Part shown: one piece after another, positions 58,150 through 64,000 of the stretch | How the letters are laid out: every line of letters begins with the position of its first letter | Position numbering within the stretch: position 1 is the stretch's first letter | Assembly (NCBI GenBank): GCA_934190785.1 | Contig: CAKPTA010000001.1 | Span: 13,514-77,513 of the forward strand | Source: an uncultured Bacilli bacterium | GTDB taxonomy: Bacteria > Bacillota_I > Bacilli_A > RF39 > UBA660 | DNA length: 64,000 nucleotides | Reading direction: 5' to 3' | The notes under the pieces: generated by a model | The model's database searches: none | The model's input: the letters and a program-made list of their open reading frames with translations, nothing else | What the model was told of the DNA's origin: nothing | Program-made: the position numbers and the translations under genes

Positions 58150-59778
58150 ATGGAAGTATCAGTAGTAAAAAGTAAAAAAGAAATTAAATTGTATTTAGAT
58201 GGATATAGTAGAGTTATTAATGAAACATTTTGCTATATTCTAGGAAATATATATAATTTAGATAAACTTGCCCCAAGTGGTATAACAAATGAGGAAAAAT
58301 TAATAGAGGCATATAAAATATATAAAAATAAACTATTTAAAAAACTAGATGGTGAATTTGCTATAATACTCATTTTTAATGGGAATATTACATGTGTTAG
58401 AGATAGAATGGGTAGCAAGCAAATATATTATATGTTGAAAGATGATACAACAGTTATATCAACTTCATTAGGCTTTTTTATAAAAAATTATAAAGAAATG
58501 TTAAATATAGATAGACAAGTATTATCTAATTATTTATGTTATTCCTATATACAAGCTCCAAATACTATTTTTAAAGAAGTATCTAAATTAGAATCAGGCA
58601 GTTTTGTACAGTTTAAAAATAGTACTGTACTTATAAAAAAATATTATAATTTAGTTAATGAATATTTAAAAAGTAAAGATAAATTACATGGAAAAAAATC
58701 ATTTGCGGCAATGGAAGATAGTTTAAAAAAAGCTGTTTTAAAACGCGTAAAAAATAAAAATAAAATAGGTATATTTTTTAGTGCTGGAATTGATTCTACC
58801 TTATTAGCGTCACTCTCACATGAATTAACTGATAAGGAAATACATGCTTATACAATAGGCTTTTATGATGAAGAAAGAAACGAAGCTGTGAGAGCTAAGA
58901 AAATTGCTGAGTATATTGGCATTAATTATCACGAATTTTATATAGATGATATAGCTGCAAAAGAAATAATTCATCAACTTCCTTTCATTTATTCAGAACC
59001 ATTTGCAGATCCATCAATGATACCAACTGTATTTTTAAATCAAAACGTCGATAAGGTTGATGTTATTTTAACTGGAGATGGAGCTGATCAATTATTTTGT
59101 GGCTCTAGCGTTTATGATACAGTGTATGAACGCAATATCTTTGCACTGTTACAAAAAGAATTTCTAGAAATAATTCATAGAAGAAAAAAATACAAACAAG
59201 CAAAAGATAGTATTTTAAAGGTATATAATGGTAAAAAAGATATGGCTTTAAAATTTGTAGATATAGAACCAAACAGTTATTATGATCTAGCTTTAGTTCC
59301 TCTTAAAGCTCAAATTAAATATATGTTGTTTGATATTAAAACTTTTTTAGCAAATAGATTATTTAGTAAAGTTAGTTTTCCAGCAGGTTACTATAATCTA
59401 AACATTACGCATCCTTTTGTTGATAATGAATTTGTAGATAAAACATTAAAACTTAGTCATAAGTATAAATATAATTATAAAGTTAAAAAATATATTTTGA
59501 AGAAAATATTATATAAAAGAATACCAGAAGAATTATTAAATCAGAAGAAGTGTGGATTTGGAATTCCACTTAAGGAATGGCTTTATAATATATACAGAGA
59601 AGATATAATATTGTTATCAAATGAAGAATTTATAAAGAAACAAAATTTATTTAATTTTAATAAAGTAAATAATATAATACAAAAACTTAATAATAATTCA
59701 CTAAACCATAAGGAAGCCTATACTTTATTCGCATATTATATGTTTCAACTTTGGTATAAAGCTTATATAGAAAATTAA
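58150..59778 (+). CDS. asparagine synthetase B-like amidotransferase/amidoligase lacking the N-terminal Cys nucleophile (paralog of 52573..54222)
   Basis: 'VRDRMGSKQIYY', PP-loop 'FSAGIDST'; N-terminus 'MEVSVVK…' has no Cys2. Confidence 0.65.
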   Translation: MEVSVVKSKKEIKLYLDGYSRVINETFCYILGNIYNLDKLAPSGITNEEKLIEAYKIYKNKLFKKLDGEFAIILIFNGNITCVRDRMGSKQIYYMLKDDTTVISTSLGFFIKNYKEMLNIDRQVLSNYLCYSYIQAPNTIFKEVSKLESGSFVQFKNSTVLIKKYYNLVNEYLKSKDKLHGKKSFAAMEDSLKKAVLKRVKNKNKIGIFFSAGIDSTLLASLSHELTDKEIHAYTIGFYDEERNEAVRAKKIAEYIGINYHEFYIDDIAAKEIIHQLPFIYSEPFADPSMIPTVFLNQNVDKVDVILTGDGADQLFCGSSVYDTVYERNIFALLQKEFLEIIHRRKKYKQAKDSILKVYNGKKDMALKFVDIEPNSYYDLALVPLKAQIKYMLFDIKTFLANRLFSKVSFPAGYYNLNITHPFVDNEFVDKTLKLSHKYKYNYKVKKYILKKILYKRIPEELLNQKKCGFGIPLKEWLYNIYREDIILLSNEEFIKKQNLFNFNKVNNIIQKLNNNSLNHKEAYTLFAYYMFQLWYKAYIEN

Positions 59779-59804
59779 AAAGAAGACTTAATCTTCTTTT
59801 TTTG
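59779..59804. terminator. bidirectional rho-independent terminator
   Basis: AGAAGActtaaTCTTCT hairpin flanked by A-run and T7. The loop contains the stop codon of the minus-strand small ORF. Confidence 0.65.
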
Positions 59805-59958
59805 CTTTATAACTAGCACACATTGTAGTCTTTTTTTCGCCACAACCATCGCAGTTGCATACGTCAATTTTTTTAAGTCCACACTTGTCGCATTTACAAT
59901 CACAATGTTCACAGTCGTGAACTTTACAATTAATTGTTTGTTCATCGTTTTTTTTCAA
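59788..59958 (-). CDS. unannotated 56-aa cysteine-rich small protein (10 Cys; metallothionein-like/metal-binding peptide)
   Basis: GGGTGA RBS 5 nt before TTG 59958. Translation is 'MKKNDEQTINCKVHDCEHCDCKCDKCGLKKIDVCNCDGCGEKKTTMCASYKAKKED'. An alternative GTG start lies 9 nt upstream. Absent from the ORF track (<60 aa). Confidence 0.45.
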   Translation of the reverse strand: MKKNDEQTINCKVHDCEHCDCKCDKCGLKKIDVCNCDGCGEKKTTMCASYKAKKED

Positions 59959-60045
59959 TTTAATCACCCATTTTTATTTTTATCAAAGTTTAATAATTTA
60001 TTCATAAAATAAAAACAAATTCATACGATTATATGGGTGAATGAT

Positions 60046-60957
60046 ATGGACAAGATAGTAATTGGAATACCAAGAAGTTTATACTACTATTATTTTAAAG
60101 ATTTATGGCTTTCGTTTTTTCAAGGTTTAAACATAAAAGTCGTTGTTAGTCCAAAAACAACTAAAGATATTGTAATGCTTGGAAGCAAATATGGAAGTGA
60201 TGAGATGTGCACTGCTATGAAAAATTATTTAGGTCATGTTGCTTATCTTAAAGATAAATGTGATTACATTTTAATTCCACGAATTGATAATTATGGAATT
60301 GAAAATCAGACATGTACTAATTATTTATCATGTTATGACATTGTAAATAACTTAATCACAAATAAGATAATTGATTATAATATTGACATTAATCATGGAA
60401 AAACAGAAGAAAAAGCATTTATACAAATAGGAAAAATACTTGGGTATGATACAGAATTTACAAAAAGAGTTTACTATGAAGCATTAACAGTTGCAAATAA
60501 TAAAAAAGACGCTATAGTAAAAGCTAATATGGTTGCTTTAAAAAGTGAACACACGAAACTATTGATAGTTGCTCATCCATATATAATTCATGATTCATAT
60601 TTTGGTGATGAAATAAAAAATTATCTAAAAAAACAAAATGTTGATGTCATTTATAGTGATAGATTTAATAGTAGTTTAACATCTCGTATGAGTAAAATGT
60701 ATTCTAAAGAACTTTATTTTAAATATTCTAAAGAAAACATTGGTGCTCTTGCCCTTACAAGAAAACTAATAGATGGTGTTATTTTTTTGACAGCTTTTCC
60801 TTGTGGACCTGATTCACTTACAAATGAGTTAGTTATCCGAAAAATAGATATTCCATATTTACAGTTAATTCAAGATGATCTTGATGGTGTTGCTGGAATG
60901 GAAACTAGATTAGAAAGTTTTCTAGATATTATAGAAAGGAAAAAAGTACATGAATAA
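60046..60957 (+). CDS. DUF2229-type 'CoA-substrate-specific enzyme activase' domain protein
   Basis: 'IGIPRSLYYYYFKDLWLSFFQGLNIKVVVSPKTTKDIV…EMCTAMKNYLGHVAYLKDKCDYILIPRI' matches the DUF2229 N-terminal consensus. GGGTGA RBS before ATG 60046. Confidence 0.6.
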   Translation: MDKIVIGIPRSLYYYYFKDLWLSFFQGLNIKVVVSPKTTKDIVMLGSKYGSDEMCTAMKNYLGHVAYLKDKCDYILIPRIDNYGIENQTCTNYLSCYDIVNNLITNKIIDYNIDINHGKTEEKAFIQIGKILGYDTEFTKRVYYEALTVANNKKDAIVKANMVALKSEHTKLLIVAHPYIIHDSYFGDEIKNYLKKQNVDVIYSDRFNSSLTSRMSKMYSKELYFKYSKENIGALALTRKLIDGVIFLTAFPCGPDSLTNELVIRKIDIPYLQLIQDDLDGVAGMETRLESFLDIIERKKVHE

Positions 60958-62020
60958 ACTAAATGTTTCATTTCCACATATGGGTAATTACAGTATTCCT
61001 GTTGAATATTTACTATCACATATACTAAATTGTGATATTATGGTAGCTCCTAAAATAACTAGTTCAACGATTGAAGAAGGTACAAAACATAGTCCTGAAT
61101 TTGTTTGTACTCCATTTAAATATACACTTGGTACATTTATTGAGGCTTTAGATGGAGGTGCCAATGTATTAATTCAAGCTGGTGGTGGCTGTAGGTATGG
61201 ATATTATAGTGAACTGCAAGAAAAAATATTAAAAGATTTAGGTTATAATTTTACATATATTAATTTAGTTAGTAGAGGTTATACTGATATTCATAGAATA
61301 TATAAAAAAATGAAAAGTATTGACCCTAAATTTAGTAAAATAAAAGGTATTTATTATAGCTATATTACTAAAAACATGATTAAGTATATGGATAGAGTAG
61401 AAGATTTTATTCGCCTTCATATTGGTTTTGAAGTAAATAAAGGTTCTTTTGAAAAAATAGAAAAAGAAATGCTTCGTGATTTTTCAAATGTAAGTAATCC
61501 AGTATCACTCTATATTCTTTATAAGAAATATTTAAGAAAAATAAAAAAGGTAAAAGTTAATATTCCCAAAAATGCTATGAAAGTTGGTATTATTGGTGAA
61601 CTTTATACACTCATGGAACCATTTGCTAATTATGATCTTGAAAAATTATTAGCAAGTTATGGTATTGCTGTTAAAAGATATACTAATGTACATTATTTAT
61701 TATTTGAAAAAAAGTACAAAATAAAGAAATATTTAAAATATGCTCGTGAGTATGTTAAATATAAAATGGGAGCGGATGCTGCTGATAATATTGCACGTAC
61801 AAAATATTTATGTGCTAATAATTATGATGGAATTATACATATTAAATCGTCTTTTTGTACTCCAGAGATTGGAGCTATGCCTATCATTAATAAGATATGT
61901 AAGGAATATAATGTTCCTGTTATATTTTTTTCTTTTGATGCAGCAACATCAGAAGTTGGAATAAAAACAAGAATAGAAGCATTTTATGATATGTTAGAAA
62001 TGAGGAAGAAGCATGAATAA
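60950..62020 (+). CDS. 2-hydroxyacyl-CoA dehydratase component-D-like / double-cubane-cluster-protein-like subunit
   Basis: 'VCTPFKYTLGTFIEALDGGANVLIQAGGGCRYGYY' and 'SSFCTPEIG' resemble HgdB-family cluster-binding regions. Start overlaps the upstream stop in a 'CATGAATAA' junction. Confidence 0.55.
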   Translation: MNKLNVSFPHMGNYSIPVEYLLSHILNCDIMVAPKITSSTIEEGTKHSPEFVCTPFKYTLGTFIEALDGGANVLIQAGGGCRYGYYSELQEKILKDLGYNFTYINLVSRGYTDIHRIYKKMKSIDPKFSKIKGIYYSYITKNMIKYMDRVEDFIRLHIGFEVNKGSFEKIEKEMLRDFSNVSNPVSLYILYKKYLRKIKKVKVNIPKNAMKVGIIGELYTLMEPFANYDLEKLLASYGIAVKRYTNVHYLLFEKKYKIKKYLKYAREYVKYKMGADAADNIARTKYLCANNYDGIIHIKSSFCTPEIGAMPIINKICKEYNVPVIFFSFDAATSEVGIKTRIEAFYDMLEMRKKHE

Positions 62021-62972
62021 TTGTTATTTAGGAATTGATATAGGTTCAATTTCAACTAAAGGTGTTGTAATAGATGAGAATAATAATATTATTGCAAGAG
62101 AATATATTTGGACAGAAGGTAATCCTAAGGAAGCAGCATCTAGATTACTTGGTATTCTAAAAAGTAAATTAAGCAAAAAATATGTAGTTAAAGGTATTGG
62201 AACAACAGGTAGTGCCAGAAAATTAATTGGGTTAATGGTTGATGCGAATATCGTCAAAAATGAGATAACAGCTCATGCCGTAGGTACTTTATCAAAATAT
62301 CCAGATGTTAAAACAATTTTAGAAATAGGTGGGCAAGATTCTAAAATAATTATATTAGATAATGGTATTATCACTGATTATTCAATGAATACATTGTGTT
62401 CAGCGGGAACAGGATCATTTTTATCAAGTCAAGCTAAAAGACTTGGAATAGAGGTAGAAAATTTTGGATCCCTTGCTCTAAAATCAAAAAATCCCGTTAA
62501 AATAGCAGCAAGATGTACTGTTTTTGCAGAATCTGATTTAATTCATAAAGCCCAAGTAGGGTATAAATTAGAAGATATTGTAGCAGGATTATGTAAAAGT
62601 ATAGTTCTTAATTATTTGAATAATGTTGGCAAAGGTAAAAAGATTAAAGGCCCTATTATTTTTCAGGGTGGTGTTAGTAAAAATAAGGGTGTTGTTCATT
62701 TCTTTAAAGAAATTTTAAAAGAAGATATAATAGTTGATGAAGATAGTCATTTAATGGGAGCTCTTGGAATTGCTATTATGGCTCATGAAAAAGCAAATGG
62801 TAAAATATATAATTTAGATTTAAAACATATGAAACTTGATACTAAAGGGTTTGAGTGTAAAAGATGCGCTAATAATTGTGAAATCTTAAGAATATATAAA
62901 GAAGGAGAATTAGTTGATACTTGGGGAAGTAGATGTGGAAGAGATTTTTCAAGTGATAAAGTAAAACAATAG
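62013..62972 (+). CDS. BadF/BadG/BcrA/BcrD-type ATPase (HgdC-like activator) with C-terminal Cys-rich extension
   Basis: 'LGIDIGSISTKGVVID', 'EITAHAVGT', 'LEIGGQDSKIIIL'. Cluster-bridging Cys in 'CSAGTGSFL' and 'AARCTVFAESD'. C-terminal 'CKRCANNC…C'. Same 'CATGAATAA' junction. Confidence 0.7.
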   Translation: MNNCYLGIDIGSISTKGVVIDENNNIIAREYIWTEGNPKEAASRLLGILKSKLSKKYVVKGIGTTGSARKLIGLMVDANIVKNEITAHAVGTLSKYPDVKTILEIGGQDSKIIILDNGIITDYSMNTLCSAGTGSFLSSQAKRLGIEVENFGSLALKSKNPVKIAARCTVFAESDLIHKAQVGYKLEDIVAGLCKSIVLNYLNNVGKGKKIKGPIIFQGGVSKNKGVVHFFKEILKEDIIVDEDSHLMGALGIAIMAHEKANGKIYNLDLKHMKLDTKGFECKRCANNCEILRIYKEGELVDTWGSRCGRDFSSDKVKQ

Positions 62973-62979
62973 GCTAGGC

Positions 62980-63312
62980 CTATTGTTTTCTTATATTAAT
63001 ATAATTTTGTTCTTTTATCATTTTATATAATGCACTATCATGCGAAAATTCATATGTATAATATACATCTTTTTTATTAAAAATTATTCTATTTGGTTTC
63101 ATATTTTCTTTTGTATAAATAATTTCATTATTTTTATTAGTCATAATTACATCTATATTTTGAAACATAAAAAAAGTGTGAATACTGTTGCACCTAGGAA
63201 AACAATATATAGAGTTAATGTGACGTTTTTTAAAACTCATACCAAGTAGTCTTGCTTTAAAATTATTACAATATATAACAGGAATTGTTTTGTTCTTAAA
63301 TATAATTTCCAT
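62980..63312 (-). CDS. DUF192 domain protein
   Basis: 'ARLLGMSFKKR…CNSIHTFFMFQNIDVIM' DUF192 pattern. Internal ATG 63312 is preceded by an AGGTGA RBS; the track's TTG 63357 has no RBS. Confidence 0.6.
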   Translation of the reverse strand: MEIIFKNKTIPVIYCNNFKARLLGMSFKKRHINSIYCFPRCNSIHTFFMFQNIDVIMTNKNNEIIYTKENMKPNRIIFNKKDVYYTYEFSHDSALYKMIKEQNYINIRKQ

Positions 63313-63350
63313 GATATCACCTATAACTAATATATCACGTATAAAATAAA

Positions 63351-63377
63351 TTGACAAATGGTAGAAAAAAGTATAAT
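63351..63377 (+). promoter_or_regulatory. putative promoter of the flp pilin gene
   Basis: TTGACA, 15–16 nt, TATAAT; AGGAGGG RBS before ATG 63412. Confidence 0.45.
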
Positions 63378-63411
63378 ATTATATTAGATGATAGTAGCAG
63401 GAGGGATTTAG

Positions 63412-63609
63412 ATGAGACTAAATGAAAGAGGGCAAGCACTTGTTGAGTACTTATTAATTATCGCTGTTATAAGTGTTGTTGTTGTTAGTGTTGTAAAACT
63501 TCTTGGAGGTTATTTACACGATTCAATGGTTAAATCATCTTGTAATTTGGTAGATAAAGTTTATGTAGAGGGTTCAAAACCTGGAGAAGCTACTTGTGTA
63601 GATCAATAA
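63412..63609 (+). CDS. flp: Flp-family type IVb pilin
   Basis: 'MRLNERGQALVEYLLIIAVISVVVVSV' Flp motif (G/xxxxEY) plus hydrophobic helix; 65 aa. Confidence 0.7.
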   Translation: MRLNERGQALVEYLLIIAVISVVVVSVVKLLGGYLHDSMVKSSCNLVDKVYVEGSKPGEATCVDQ

Positions 63610-63699
63610 AACTTCTTTTAGAAGTTTTTTTTCTATTCCAATTATTGTATATAACTTCATTTTTTGATATAATTTGTATATGGTAAAGAGAGTGATTTA

Positions 63700-64000
63700 A
63701 TGAATAGAAAAGGGCAAGCATTAGTGGAATTTGTGCTTATTATACCAGTCTTTATTTTACTAGTTCTAGGTGTGCTTGAATTTGGTAATATTATTTATCA
63801 AAAGTACCAGTTAGAAAGTAAATTAGATTATATAGTGGAGTTATATAAAGCAGATGAATTAGATGAAGCAAGTAGTTATGCTTCTAAAGAAAAGATTAAT
63901 GTTAATTATAGTAGCGAAGATAATTTCACTAAAATTATTGCATCAAAACAAAAACAAGTTTCAGCGCCAGTTGTTTCTAATATTTTAGGAAAGAATTATA
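63700..64000 (+). CDS. TadE/TadG-like pseudopilin (3'-truncated by the window edge)
   Basis: 'MNRKGQALVEFVLIIPVFILLVLGVLEFGNIIY' TadE-like N-terminal motif. Confidence 0.65.
   Translation, partial: MNRKGQALVEFVLIIPVFILLVLGVLEFGNIIYQKYQLESKLDYIVELYKADELDEASSYASKEKINVNYSSEDNFTKIIASKQKQVSAPVVSNILGKNY

Overview
The window is a very AT-rich chromosomal segment from an endospore-forming Firmicutes (Clostridia-like) genome; spoIIGA–sigE, PASTA kinase PrkC and a Cheo-box lexA are present. A conserved backbone runs rbgA–mrnC–rlmB–sigH … secE–nusG–rplK–rplA–(L10 leader)–rplJ–rplL–methyltransferase–rpoB–rpoC, then further downstream rnc … rlmN–prpC–prkC–rsgA–rpe. It is interrupted by accessory material:
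(i) a decayed integrative-element remnant at about 6.4–8.6 kb, with two fragmentary serine-recombinase copies, a dinD-like fragment and a stop-interrupted small ORF;
(ii) two tandem paralogous acidic coiled-coil proteins between sigH and secE, and an unknown ORF wedged between nusG and rplK;
(iii) tRNA-Ser(GCU) followed by a collagen-like/C1q-like protein and a 530-aa type IV pilin-like protein whose 3' tail and promoter region are strikingly GC-rich;
(iv) a lexA locus with tandem Cheo boxes and a divergent, unannotated 49-aa lipopeptide-like ORF;
(v) a roughly 17.6 kb all-plus-strand glycan locus (42.2–59.8 kb). It encodes a Wzy/O-antigen-ligase-like protein, a radical SAM/SPASM protein, two exported ASST-family beta-propellers (one with BspA-LRR), four GT4 glycosyltransferases, a GHMP kinase plus nucleotidyltransferase pair, an ABC exporter and two AsnB-like proteins lacking the glutaminase Cys;
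(vi) an unannotated 56-aa, 10-Cys peptide transcribed divergently from a translationally coupled three-gene operon: DUF2229, an HgdB/double-cubane-like protein and a BadF/BcrA-type ATPase. This is a split 'CoA-substrate-specific enzyme activase'-type ATP-dependent Fe-S system of unknown substrate, and the most novel candidate in the window;
(vii) the start of a tad/flp pilus locus (DUF192, Flp pilin, TadE-like).
No rRNA genes or CRISPR arrays were seen.
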